64,000 bases of DNA from Camelus dromedarius. Lineage: Eukaryota. Positions within the stretch are counted from its first letter, which is position 1. Each line of letters begins with the position of its first letter. The stretch is from contig NC_087436.1 of NCBI RefSeq assembly GCF_036321535.1, forward strand, positions 28,398,001-28,462,000. Reading direction: 5' to 3'. Positions 40,858 to 53,861 of this stretch are shown here, one piece after another. Below the pieces are notes generated by a model that worked only from the letters and a program-made list of their open reading frames with translations, was not told where the DNA came from and searched no databases. The position numbers and the translations under genes are program-made.

Positions 40858-40924
40858 AATTGACACAACATTGTAAACTGACTATACTTCAATAAAAATA
40901 TATTTATAAAAACAAAAAAACAAA
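40858..40924 (+). mobile_element. Very short L1 3' tail
   Basis: 'aattgacacaacattgtaaactgactatacttcaataaaaa' + A-rich tail; same motif as the tails at 27.5, 50.8 and 52.8 kb. Confidence 0.8.
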
Positions 40925-41349
40925 TTGTTTTACGTTTTCTTTTAACCATTAGTAGTAGACTATTACTCTGTTCTTACTGAACACTGATTAACACCAATTA
41001 GTAGTTTGAATAAAACAAAAGTAGCTATTTTATTATGAGCATAGATATAAAAGAAAGAAAGAAAGAATAAATAAATAAATACATAAATAAATAATTTAAA
41101 TGGGCCTATACAATCCTGAATTTCAGTTGATCAATAGATTAGGCTTTTTCTCCCACACTGGAATGGATTTTAGTGATTCCAATTGCTTTTTTTCTGAACA
41201 AAGGGGTTTGTGAATTTTCTAATATATTTTTGAGTCCTTGAAAAAATCAGAGGTATAACTTAAAATAGATACTACATATTATTGCATTGTTGGTCAGTGG
41301 GTTTTTTATTACTTTTCTTTTGACCTTTGCATCATTTCTTGAGGAGCTT

Positions 41350-41750
41350 CTACTGCTGTAGGCTGATAGGCAATTTACTTACATGTAATGGGAGTCTTCC
41401 ACTTGGCCCTATAATAGTCAACTTCTTTGAATGATACCCGGAGCATCCCCAGTGGGTGTGAGTGACAGGTCTGCCGATAATGGAGGTCATGCCATGTAGA
41501 GATGATGTGTTTCTGCTTTGCAGTCCTTGATGCCGCTTCTGTCTATCAATTGTTCTTTCTGCCTTTATTGCTGAGTGGGGAACCCTCCATATATGAGGAG
41601 ATAATAACACTATCTTGGAGTGTTTTATGGCAGTAAATTATGCTACACTTATGTCTATTTTTCAAGTATATTCCTTTCTGTATGCAAGCAATTTCAAGCC
41701 ATTTAATCAGTTTTTCAGTCAGCACGTTGTATTTTAAAAATCTAATCAGA
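41350..41750. promoter_or_regulatory. Candidate conserved non-coding element
   Basis: Repeat-free and GC-richer than flanks; TGACAG (41463), TTTATTG (41564), TTTTATGG (41623) motifs. Confidence 0.3.
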
Positions 41751-42019
41751 GAATGGTTTTCTTTAATAGAAATCATAATTAATTCTATAAAAATACCATT
41801 TTTTCTCCTTTGTCTTAAGGTCAATTTAATATTCCCTGTATTCCCCCAATGTAATAATAATTAGAAATATTCTGATTCAGAAATTCTTTCTTAGATAGAG
41901 TTTTGCTTTAAAGTACAATTTGTTATCACTCTGTGATTCTTAAGGCAGTGTCCTTCTTATAGTAACACAATACTCATTTTGACATCCTTGACACTAGTGA
42001 CTCCTCAGTGTTTCTCTAC

Positions 42020-42460
42020 CGCCTGTTTTCTAGGCCAACTGGTCATCGTTATTCCTGGAAGTTATAGTATTATCTTCTGCATCAGGTCATTTAAGGAGGT
42101 CCTTTCCTTATCTGGAAAAATTCTTATCCCCTAACCCCCAGTGATGCCTAAATAACCCTTCTTCATATGCTACTTCTCCTCCTAAACATTATTTATCCTG
42201 TAAAGACTGATATTTCTAGCTGTATATTAGGTTCCTGCTCTACGATCCCATGGAAATCCAAAGCCTCTGACTTGTTCTCTCACTCTTGCTGTCTCTACAC
42301 ACACCCAGACATACACACACATATACACACACATGTGCCCCCAACGCTTCTTCAGTTGACTGTCTTACCTGGTAGACTGTAAGTTTAGTGAGGACAGGGA
42401 CCCATTTTGCCTCATCACCACAGCGCCTGGCCCATCATAATTGCTCAATAAACAATACAT
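42020..42460 (+). mobile_element. L2 3' fragment
   Basis: 'tagactgtaagtttagtgaggacagggacc...cacagcgcctggccca...gctcaataaa' canonical L2 tail. Confidence 0.7.
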
Positions 42461-42999
42461 GATACATATGAACTCAGTCTTAATCCCTGTTCCTAGCCTC
42501 TGTTAATGTCTTGAAGAAGTGCTCTCTGTGACACAAGAGAAAAAGAGGAGTTGAGGAAATACAGAGAGAGGATGGAGAATGAAAGGAGATGAAAGAAGTG
42601 GAAGGGAGAGTAGGAAGGAGAAGTGATCAGAGGGCCAGAGTGGAGACGAGCATGCAGTGTTCTGTTCCAGAGATACAGCAATCGGCTATAACTGGAGTGA
42701 CTGAAAGGACTGTTTAGTATCTAATAATACATCTGAGCATAACAAGACCAATGTCAAATATATTTATAGTTTTTTTTTTTTAATTTTTCAAGGTGCTCTG
42801 CTTTATCCCATTTAATTGGTCCTCACACAGTGCAAACGGACTTCACATTTTTACCTGTGTAACAAGTGTGAAAATAGCCTCTGACCAGGTCCCCGACCTG
42901 TGCTTGTGGAGGCCCACTAGTTACTTATCTCCTGGTTATCTTCTGGTTATCTCCTGAGCCCATCCCTTCCGTCCTGTTACCATTTTTCTCTGCTTAGTT

Positions 43000-43600
43000 C
43001 AGCTACTTACCTTATTTCAAACAGAAGTTCCTTATAGCTTCCACATATCTCTTCCCTTGCTTTTTTGGCCACTCCATATCCTCCAAAGTTCTTCCAGAGT
43101 GTCTTCTAAAATTTAAAATTTATCATTTCACCCAGTTTTAAATCTTTCTGTGGCTTCCCATCACACTCAGGGAAAGGTTGAGTATAATTTGTTGCTTGTC
43201 TTACTTATATTCCTTTTCCATTATGCCTCCCTCTTCTCCCTACACTTTTGGTTATTTATAGATGCTTGAAAATGACCTTCTCTCTTACTCCTCTGGGCCT
43301 TTATACAGGTTTCTGCTGTCTAGCATGACTTTCTCCCACGTTTTGCACTTGGTTAAATGCCACTTATGCTCAAACACGCAGTTCAAGTGTCACCTCAGCT
43401 CAGGAGTCTTCTGTAAGCCCTTTAACTGAATGAGTTACCTCTCTTCTTTATATGCCCTTTATATCCCGCATTATAATATTTTTGGTTCTTATTGTATTAG
43501 TCCACTCTTATACTACACATATTTGCTGAGAGCACAGACATTTCTCTGATTATCTGAGTACTTAAATCTGGACCTGGAATAGCATATACATCACAGAATA
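43000..43600 (+). mobile_element. L2 3' fragment
   Basis: 'tggcttcccatcacactcagg...gggcctttatac...gcagttcaagtgtcacctc...gagagcacagac'. Confidence 0.6.
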
Positions 43601-44680
43601 TGGTCTGGATACTATGCTTTTTACCTAAGGTCTCTAGGTTGCAAATTATACAAATCCATTGCAATTTTGCTTAAGCAAAACATAAGTTTTTAAGAAGTGA
43701 ATTAAAATATCCAGTAGAATCCACGTAAAAGTTGAACAAATAGGAATCGAATGTCATTTAATTTAAATTTTTTCTGTCCCTTTCTCTCTTATGCCCTTAT
43801 CCCCTTTACTCCAGGGATTTTTTGAAGGCATAAGGCCATTGCCAAGCTCCCAGTTTACATCCATTTGTTGGCACTGACGGTAATTCATTTGCTTTTTCCA
43901 AATTCCAATTCCATATTCCTATGGACAGAATTACTCTGAAAATTTCATAGACCTTACACCATTTGTCGCATCACCGTGCTTTGGTTAATCACTGGTGTTC
44001 AGGTAAACCCAAACAGAAATTACTCTGATGGAATCATCTCTCTTTGCAACAACAGATCTCTTAGCGAAAAAGAATAATTATAAGCTGTAGATAGCTTCAC
44101 ATTGGTCACTCGGTTTCTCCATACACCTAAAATCAGGGAAAACTTAGTAGAGTAACAGCATATGGCATACAGAAGTGAAAAAGGAGAAAACAAATAGTCA
44201 GCAGGCTATGTTACTCTTCAAGAGAAAGTAAAACTATTATGAGACAAAATGCAACCAGGTTTTAACTAATATTTTTCAAACACGGGACTTTGAATCTATG
44301 AATATTTTGCACATTTATTTCTATTCATTTATTTTAGCTCTTATATTTATATATATATTTTAGCTAGTTTCATTTGAATATTTTTCTAAACTTTAAAACC
44401 TATTGTAAGATTTTTCCTTCTTTACTAATGAATGTATTTTAATCTATATTTGCTTCTAAGTACAGATTTTGCTGTGTTGCCATTTTATATGAAGTGGAAA
44501 TTTTTATTTCTTCCTGGATAGCTTGGTATTTCATATTTGATTTTCTTTTTGGTCTCTTTTTTTCCATATTTTCCAAGCTATTAAGAGTTTTACCTTTTTA
44601 AAATTATCTAAAATACTATAGAGATTTAGATCATAAAATATTTGATTTAAAAGTTTTATCAAGATTTTCTTTGTGGCCAA

Positions 44681-44760
44681 TATATTAGGGTTCTCCAGAG
44701 AAACAGACTAGTAAGATGTGTATGTGTGCAAAATATATATATACATAAATCTATATACTA
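44681..44760 (-). mobile_element. MLT2 LTR 3'-terminal piece
   Basis: 'tatattagggttctccagagaaacagac' is the antisense MLT2 3' terminus, followed by TA-rich repeat. Confidence 0.8.
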
Positions 44761-45032
44761 CTATGTGCTACTTTCTCTTATCATATATATGTATAAATAT
44801 AGAAGCAAAATGTTTTTAAAATGTAAGAAGAATTAGAAAAATAAAGGTATGGTAAAAACTTTTCATGTAATTCTTTCAGATTTAGAACCATCTAGTAAAT
44901 GAATAATTAATAAATCCTCTGAGGAGCAAGGTAATATAATTCACACATTCAAAATAATATAGATGTAAATAAAGAAAACTATGTCTCATATTTGCATCAT
45001 ATACATTTATCAACATCAATCAGACATTTGAC

Positions 45033-45392
45033 TGTGATGGTTAATTCTACGTGTAAATTTGACAAGGCCATGGTAGACAATTTTTGGTTCAGTATAGTCT
45101 AGATGTCACTGTAAATGTTGATGCGTTTAGTATTTAAATCTGTAGATTTTGAGTGAAACAGATTAGCCTCTGTAATGGTGATGGGCCTTATCCAGTCAGT
45201 TGAAAGCTTTAAGAAAAAGGGCTAAGCCCCACAAGGAGGAAAGAATTCTGCCCCCAGACCTCTGCCTTTGGCCTAGAGACAGTAACATCAACCCTTTCCT
45301 GGGTCTCAAGCCTGCCATGGTGACACTGTCCCACCCACCCCATACCCAGTTGCATGAGCCAGTTCCTTAGAATAAATTCTCTCTGTCTCTCA
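45033..45392 (+). mobile_element. MLT2 LTR body lacking its 3' terminus
   Basis: Starts TGTGATGGTTAATT; 'gggccttatccagtcagttgaa...catgagccagttccttagaataaattctctct'. Confidence 0.88.
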
Positions 45393-45869
45393 GATTAAAT
45401 GTCATCTCTCAGATAAAATACTTAAAAATTTTTATTTGAATAGTTTTTATCTTATGACTTTGTACTTTTTTCTTATAATATACCCTTATTTATTCTTTTT
45501 TGTGCTTGTATTCCTAAATTTTATATTTCTGACATTTATGTTACTGCATAGTTTACTCTATCTTTATTACTGGCTGGGATATATTTCTTATTCTAGCTTG
45601 TAAATCTGTCATTACGGGACTAAACAGTCAACTCACATTTAGAATAAAAAAATGATACATATGAGTTCTTCTTCTGTTTTTGTGTATTATTTTAAATTTA
45701 GTTTTTTCTTCTTACCCTTACTTTATGTTTTGATCAAGTTGCTTCACATTGGCCTTCTTTACCTTATTAATTTGGGAGATTATTTGTACTTTTCCATTTC
45801 ATTAATGGATACTTTCTCTTCTGTTTCCCTGCCATACATTTATACTATTATCAAATATATATGTGTGTG

Positions 45870-45871
<2 letters not shown>

Positions 45872-45938
<67 letters not shown>
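45872..45938 (+). repeat. Long (CA)n(TA)n microsatellite
   Basis: About 29 uninterrupted CA units. Confidence 0.97.
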
Positions 45939-45939
<1 letters not shown>

Positions 45940-47369
45940 TTTCACACTAGGTTACTCTGTTTGCTACTGCCTTTCTGTATTAAAATTATGATGAGTTCTT
46001 AGAATTATGTTGCTGCTTTACAACAAAATTTACCCTATCAAAGTATTCTACATTTTCCTTAGTTACAATAGCATTTTAATGAACAGCTAACACTGTTTCT
46101 GTTGTAGCAAGCATCTTCTTTTCTAAGAATAGTTGTTCTGGAATTATAGCTAACACTTTATTAACTTGGACTTAATTTTTGATATGCTGAAGTTTATTGC
46201 TCACCATTGATTTCTTTCCTCTGCACATTCTCCTCCTCTTGAGGTTTTGTTTTGGTTCCTCTATCGGTTTTCTAGATTCCTGTCCCAAGTATTTTCCTCA
46301 GATTGTAGAGTGAGTGATGTATTTCCTTTGTATGAGCAAATTAATTTCTTTCATTTTGTCTAATGAACTACATCATTGTTGTGTGTAGGTTTCTGTGGGG
46401 CAGCCCTTTTCTTTCAGTAGCTATACATATTGCTTGCTGTCTTTGGGTTCCAGTGTTGGTAAAGAGAAACTCAATTTACTTGTTAAGTAGCTTGTATTTC
46501 TGAGTGGGAATCTTTACAATTTTCTTCAGTTTTTGAATTACTCAAAGTTTGTATTGTTTTGTCAGCAGTTTCATCCAGCAAAATGTTATCATTTGCATAT
46601 TCAGACCATTATTCATTTTAGGGATGTTATTTTTCTTTTGTTGGAATAATTATTCTCACTTCCATTCATTTCTTTTTTCTCCTCCTATTATTTGTATTTT
46701 ACATTTCCTGGATTCATTTGTCATTTCCTCATTTTTTTCCTGTGACTCTCATGCCCTTGATTTTTTCCTCCTTTGTGTTTCTAATTATATTTTCTGTTTG
46801 ATATCCAAAGCTTCTAATTTATACCTCAACTGTAATCATCCTCCATCAGCCACCAGCTGTTTTTGTGAGGAAATCACATTTTTACATACATGAGTATGCA
46901 TGTATACATGAAGACATATTTTCTGTATATAAACAAAAATATATGTATAAAGATTATAATTTTTGTTTAACTAAATGGAATTTTTATGATACATACTTTT
47001 TTCATCTTATTGTAGCATATATTGGACTGGAATAAAAACCTTTTGTAAAGTTAATGCTATGGATTAGAAGATAAATGTACATTTTGGGTTTAATTCAATT
47101 AATTATAATATATTCCAATTTTTGTTCCCCAAGACTGCATTGATGTATAGGCACATATGTCTCCATGCTAATGTCAGATGTTTATGATTCCGTGCCCTTA
47201 TTTAACATAATTCAGCTTAAATCAATCTCATCTTTCATGAAGTGGCTAAGAATAAAATAAAAATATGGTATTTGTCCTTCATAATTGAAAAATCAGCAAA
47301 TGAGAATTATAGGTATTTTTGGTTGTGAGTGTGGGTATGACTGAAAATGAATGACATCCCTTGATAGAA

Positions 47370-47696
47370 CAGGGGTTATATCTATGGCTCACAGGTCAAA
47401 TCCTGTTGTCTGTCTATTTTCATATATCCTGCAAGCTAAGATTATTTTCATGTGTATACATGACTGAAAGAAAAAGAAAAGAAAATTATTTCAGGAACGT
47501 GAAAACTATATGAAATCTGAATTTTAGTGTCCATACATAAAGATTTGCTGGACTGCAGCCATATTCATTTGCATATTTTCTGTGGTTGCTTTCATGGTAC
47601 AATAGAATTGAGTAGTTACAGCAAAGAGTATAGGGCTTATAATCCCACAAATATTTACTATTTGACTCATCTCAGAAAAACTTTGCTGACCCCTTG
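47370..47696 (+). mobile_element. MER58B-like hAT-Charlie MITE
   Basis: TIRs CAGGGGT / ACCCCTTG; 8-bp TSD tgatagaa (47362-47369) / tgatacaa (47697-47704), 7 of 8 identical. Confidence 0.88.
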
Positions 47697-48529
47697 TGAT
47701 ACAAGATACAGCATATACTTTTTACAACTGGAATTATTTTTAAGGTATAAGCTTATATTTGAGTATCTCTTGCTAACAATACTACTTTACAGTTACTTTT
47801 TTTTCTCAAAATGAATTTTGAAATGACTAGATAAAGAACACACTATTTGTGAAGCAAGCATAGATTTTTCAGAGCAAAGAAATAGAATAAGCTATAAGCT
47901 GGAATTTTCTTTAAAACATGTATGTTGATTATAACTTGCAACGTTAATAGGACCTGAGTAATAATGTTTGAACCAATCCATTTATTTCAAATGAGGAAAT
48001 GTTTATTCAATGCCTGTCTTATGCAGGGCACTAGAAGGCCCTGTGGACAATAAAAGAATGAGTAAGACACAGTCCCTGCCATGAGATAGTTAAATTCTGG
48101 TTAAAAAAAAGATAAGTGTGATTTATGAATAGTACAAAAGTCAAAATAAGAAATGTACTTAAGAAAAACATCCGAACTGGGAAACTGAGAGGCTGCTTCT
48201 CTGTTTTGCAAGGTTTACTATATACATGAATAGCTTCTATATAAGCAAAAAAATAAAGAAGCATCTTTCTGACTCATGTTACTCATGAAGTCATTTGGTT
48301 TTTGTTGGAATAAGAGATCTTAAGAGTCCATATAAATAGTTCATTATATTTGAACAAACTGACTTTTATAAATACCTGATTTTATATAAAGTAAGATGGA
48401 TGCTGTCTTCACTTCTACCTTCTCCATATAGACTTTGTAGAAATTGATTTTACAAAGGAATAAAGTGTACTTTTTGTGTGCATATGGGCAAGAAACACTT
48501 CCTATACAAATACTGGATTCTAAAATAAT

Positions 48530-48655
48530 TAGGGTGAATATATTTCCCTATTTCCCTGGGAGAATCCTTGTTAATTAAACCAAAATAACTACAGCCTCCC
48601 CCCTTTACCTCTCAAAAGTGTCCTGGTTTAGGTAACAAGTTATATAATCACCATA
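48530..48655 (+). mobile_element. MER94-like hAT-Blackjack MITE
   Basis: Termini TAGGGTGA / TCACCATA; internal 'ccccctttacctctcaaaagtgtcctggttt'. Confidence 0.7.
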
Positions 48656-49439
48656 ATTGTTACAGGAACACTTTGAATAGGGATAGTGAGTGGTTCTAAT
48701 GCTGGCAATTTGTTGCTAATATCCCATTTTAATTTCTCTTCTTGATATTTGGTAGACTTTCATTTAGGTTGTTTAAAAAGGAAAATTATTATAGTAGCCT
48801 AAGTTTCTATTTCCTTGTCAAGATAGGGAAAGCTTTTCAACCTGAAACATGACTCGACACAACATGAAATTAGAAATAACACTAGTCTTATTTTGACTTC
48901 AGCCACGCACTTTTAGTTGCTTAAAGTATGGGACATTTTTATAATAGCCATAAAGTGATACCACAGTCGTGAGACCAAGGCTGCATGTGTATGTGTGTAC
49001 TTTTTCCTGTGTAACATGATTAGGAGATATAAGAAAATATGGACAGGGATAACATCATTTGCTTATTTTCTAATTAAAATTAATTATCATTTACTTTTTT
49101 AAGGGACTGAAAGTTCTGGAAATACATTTGAAAATAGTCTTTATTTCATTGTTTGAAATATCTAAATTAGTCTCTTCACTTAAGCTTTAATGTAATAAAT
49201 CCCTGAATCACATTTCTTCTATTATAATATGTGACTTCAAAAGTGGGTAGAATAAAATTATGTATGTATTTTGAGTCTGTACAGAATTTAGAAAGCATTA
49301 GAGGATATGTTTAGATGAAAATCAGCTAACATTTAATGTTAAGAATATTTAAACTTTAAGATGAAACAATGAAATCTTACTAATTGAATATCTAGAATCG
49401 AGACTCATAATAATTTATCAAATTATGAGGTTTTAAAGA

Positions 49440-49622
49440 AGAGACACTTGAATCCAGACCATGCCAGTTATAAATTAAATCACCTTGGGTACATTATTGA
49501 TAAATTAGAGATTTTGTTTCCTCATCCCAGAAATTAGGTAGGTGCTATCTGCTGGAGAAGGCTGTTGTAAGAAAATAATGCAGAGAGATGCTTGGCAAAC
49601 AGAAGGTACTCAATAAAATTAG
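49440..49622 (+). mobile_element. MIR SINE
   Basis: 'ttgaatcc...caccttggg...tttcctcatc...gctgttgtaagaaa...aggtactcaataaa' MIR core and tail. Confidence 0.65.
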
Positions 49623-50260
49623 TGACCTTATCTCTGTATCCTTTACCAAATAGTAGCAGTGTCCATACTTCAGTGTATAATGTGCATCTATTTTTTACCT
49701 GTCATCTTATAGAAATGTTTCTATTATTTCCTTTGATTAAACCAGCTTGGACTAAATTGAGACTTAATATTTTATTACCTATGAATGAAAAGAATTATTA
49801 AACTAATTAATAAGGTAAATATAACAGGATTCTTATATCAGTAAAGAAAATATTAGAACATTAATCACAACACCTAACTTTGGAAGCATCCTTAGAGACC
49901 AAGTAGCTACCTACTTTATTTTATGTATGAAGGAATGAAAATGATCTTCCTCAAATCATTTTCCTAAATCATTCTTACGTGTTTATGAATTTTATATTTA
50001 CTGTAGGCAGATCTTTTCAACTCTGTGAGATAAAAAGGAAATAAAAAGGAAAAAAGTTAACTTCTAAGACTGCAATGAAGCTCAAAAAAGGGTACAGTAT
50101 TTGAATGTGCTTTAAAAAATTTAAGTCACAGAATGAATATATTATTGTCAAGAAATGATGCTTCCCTACTAGGTAAATTCTTGACTTAGTTTAGTCAACT
50201 GAGCTACTCACTTAGACTTGAAAGAAGCAATGTACAATCTATACTAATGCTCTGTATGCC

Positions 50261-50885
50261 TGTTACAATAAATGGGTTAAAGAGTGTTTAACAGTATAGG
50301 GTCACTGTATTTGACCCTATACTGTTTATTTCTTCAAGGCAGGCTGGGAGCATTAGTTCAACACTGAAACTCAAATTTTTACACATCCAGTTGCTTTAAC
50401 TATAGCTGAAAATAGCAGATGTTTAAACATTTATAGCCTTCCTGCTTTGCATGCTCCTCAAACTACACCCAAGATCTGCTAGCCATAGGTAAGATAAACC
50501 CTGGGACCATGAAGACCCCGTGCCACTGCTGCCCTTCAGATTCTCTGACCCAGAAACTTCCCATTGTGCTATTAACCAACATCATTAGGACGTGCAAGCT
50601 CCCTCTGCGATTCTGCAGCCCCCATCTCCATTCCCTGGAGTTCCCCTGTCTTCTTCCCCTTCTTGTTGGTGGCCCAAGCTGTTACCTCTGGAAGGTCACA
50701 TGCTGTCGGGGATTACCCTTCACATGCAGTCTTGACTGGGACATTGTGCTGTACACCAAAAATGGACACGTTGTAACTGACTATATTGCAATAAAAACAA
50801 AAAACAAAAGCAAAGTGGCACCAAAATAACACTCATTATGTGCTATTGCCACCTCCTGCCCTACCTTTTACCTGGATCAGACTTA
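50261..50885 (+). mobile_element. Old ERVL-class LTR (MER54/MER73/MER74-like group)
   Basis: Starts TGTTA; 'agccataggtaagataaacc...gacccagaaactt...tgtgctattgccacctc'; interrupted by an L1 tail. Confidence 0.55.
50734..50810 (+). mobile_element. Very short L1 3' tail (camelid-like) inserted in LTR
   Basis: 'gactgggacattgtgctgtacacc...gacacgttgtaactgactata..caataaaaac' + A-rich tail. Confidence 0.8.
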
Positions 50886-52372
50886 TACTCAAGTGAAAGA
50901 AAAAAATCTGTTCTGATGCAGCTGGTTCAAGTAACCAACAAAGCAGCAACAATGTACATGTTCATAAATAGTGCTTTTAAGGATGTAGAGCGACATCCCA
51001 TAACACAATTTCTTATACAATCATCATCTCTAATCCTAATCATCTCTAATCCTATCTACCACTCACCCATTTGGTACACTTGAGAACTATGGAACTGAGA
51101 AAATCCATGATGGTTGTATAAGGAAAAGGAAGCAATCTCCTTCCTAAACCCTCCCCAAAACACTGCATTTTTTGTGTCAGAAAGAATCAGACTGAAAAAA
51201 AAGTCACATAAATTCATTCTCATTGTTTAAGTTTCATCACATATGTTACCTCCCTCAAATCATCCCTGAATCAGTACTTTCTTACACTTTAGTCTTAAAT
51301 TCCTTTGCTGTTTCCCATTGATTATAGTAGTTACTAAAAATTTTAAAATTACCTACTTTCCAGCTTTTCTCTCTAATTGTTAAATTCAATAAAGTCAATG
51401 GCTATATCTTTTATCTGTTCTTATGATCTGTTACATTTCTTTTTATTGTTTCTGGCATAGAAGACTCAACTTTTCTATCTCTCTTTCTCTCTTTCTTTTT
51501 TTTTATGGATTAAAGAACTGATTTCCTTCACTTTTTTCTTTTCACAATTAAATTGAATTTCATTCATTAGAATAATTCTATACAAATATTCAATTATCAG
51601 GCAGTTAGGCAAACACACTGCCTATCACAGTGAGAATAGATGAGTAGGAACTATATCAGAACATCCTGATTTTTAAAGAGAATTAAATTTAAATAGAAAT
51701 TACAAGCCTTGACCAATCATAGCTTTCAGTAAAGATTTTGATAACTGGACTAAGAGTCAATGTCAATCATGTAACAATAGAGGCACTAAGTTAATTAAGG
51801 AATGTACTAAAAAAAAGCAACAGGATAGGACTAATATGACTTTGGAGAAGAATTTAATCACTATCTAGAAAAATTTGTAAACAGGGAAATACAAAGAATA
51901 GTAAGTTTTTCTTCTGGATAATTACAGCTCTCTCTTGACAAGCCTTCCTGGGTCTGAATCTCAAACCTTAAAAAACAAAACCAAACTAACAAAAAAACTC
52001 CTATCTTTTCTTTTCCTTCACAGTTAACTTTTCAATGCCTAAGTAACAGAATTTCTCTTCTCGGTAACTTCTTATGACTTAATACTGACTACAGAATAAA
52101 GCCCACCAAAGACTTTCCACAGCCTACCTTTCCAGTCCTAACCCATTACATCATTTTTATCCACTGGACAAATATTCAATATTGTTATTTCTCTTCACTT
52201 TGCTAGTGATGGAGTCTAATCATATTTAGAAGCAAACAACTCACCTATCCTATTTGGTTTTCAAGATGTGTGTGTGTGTGTGCATGTGTGGCACATATAG
52301 ATATTAAATCTCTTAAAAATGTAAATTCAGTTTTTGATCTCCATGCCTTTTTCATTTAAAAATATCAACATT

Positions 52373-52868
52373 TTACAATGGAATACTATTCAGCCATAAA
52401 AACTGACAACACAATGCCATTTGCAGCAACATGGATGCTCCTGGAGAATGTCATTCTAAGTGAAGTAAGCCAGAAAGAGAAAGAAAAATACCATATGAGA
52501 TCACTCATATGTGGAATCTAAAACAAACAAACAAACAAACAAAGCATAAATACAAAACAGAAATAGACTCATAGACATAGAATAAAACTTGTGGTTGCCA
52601 AGGGGGTGAGGGGTAGGAAGGGATAGACTGGGATTTCAAAACTGTAGAATAGATAAACAAGATTATACTGTATAGCACAGGGAAATATATACAAGATCTT
52701 ACAGTAGTTCACAGAGAAAAAAATGTGACAATGAATATATATATGTTTATGTATGACTGAAAAATTGTGCTGTACACTGGAATTTGACACAATATTGTAA
52801 AATGTTTACAAATCAATAAAAAGTTAAAAAATTTTTAAACATTTAGAAATAAAAATAAATAAATAAAT
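52373..52868 (+). mobile_element. Relatively young 5'-truncated L1 3' end
   Basis: Well-preserved ORF2 end/3' UTR with (TAAA)n tail; TSD aaaaatatcaacatt (52358-52372) / aaatatatcaccatt (52869-52883), 13 of 15 identical. Confidence 0.95.
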
Positions 52869-53219
52869 AAATATATCACCATTCGACAAAAAGGAGGCAT
52901 ACTTGGAATCTAGAATATTTTAGCTTTATTGGCCTGTTACAATTAATCAATTACATATGCAAAAAAATACTGAAGTGTAAATTGTCATATCATATTTCAT
53001 ACCTCTTTATAAGTTTATTTTAGGGTAGTTTTCCATCATTTTACAAAATAAACATGTATGTTTCAAATGCTTAAAAAATTTCAGGATTTTGAATACTGGA
53101 CTATTTTTAAGAAAAAAAACTTTACTTGCCATAGAGATATATTTTAAGATTGAAGTGTGTATATCTCTGCAAATTGGAAATGTCTTTTTTAATGTATAAA
53201 GAGAAATGTTCCAGGATCT

Positions 53220-53620
53220 GATGATATTTGCATTTGATTTTCACTAACGACCTCATTTATCACTGCTGCAGGTAAAGTCTAGAATAATCCCGTCACTGTG
53301 ATTCATTGATAGAGACCTACTTAATCACATGGCTGTATTAATAATTTTTGTTACACTTTATACCTTAGTGATTTTAAGAGGTCAACATTCATCATTCTGT
53401 ATCATGTTGGGCAACCCATCTTGGAAAAAAGCTAAAAATTGAATTGATTTCTCAACTTTATTAAGACATGAGTGCACTGGTAATGTGTAATTGGTCATGC
53501 CTGAATCCCATTTGCATTTACCTCTCAGTGTTTTCTTCTGTGCAGCAGGCAGAAAAGAAACCTGCATTTGCTGTAGATACTGACAGGTTAGAAATCATCT
53601 AACAGACGTTCTAAATGACT
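53220..53620. promoter_or_regulatory. Candidate conserved non-coding element
   Basis: Repeat-free; octamer ATTTGCAT (53510-53517), TAATTG, TAATCC, TGACAG motifs. Confidence 0.35.
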
Positions 53621-53861
53621 GAAGTTTGAAGATATCTGGAAACACTTACATGAGAGAAATGGGTGAAGGGACCAAAGAAGCTTGACCTGAGAAGAGAATA
53701 ATTAAAGGAGACATGATTATTTTTTCAAATACTTGAGAACCAGGAATTTGAAATAGGTGTCATATCTTTCATGTGTTGTTACAGATGTACCAAGTAGGTA
53801 TTTAGGGGTTAATCAACAGGGCTGGGAGAGATGCCTCAAGGAGATGCTGCATCTCCAAATG

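Noticed and set aside
41350..41610. 86 aa minus-strand ORF as a coding gene
   Set aside because: No recognisable homology, non-ATG start and no neighbouring compatible exons
52602..52631. G-rich quadruplex-like tract
   Set aside because: Normal G-rich segment of the L1 3' UTR
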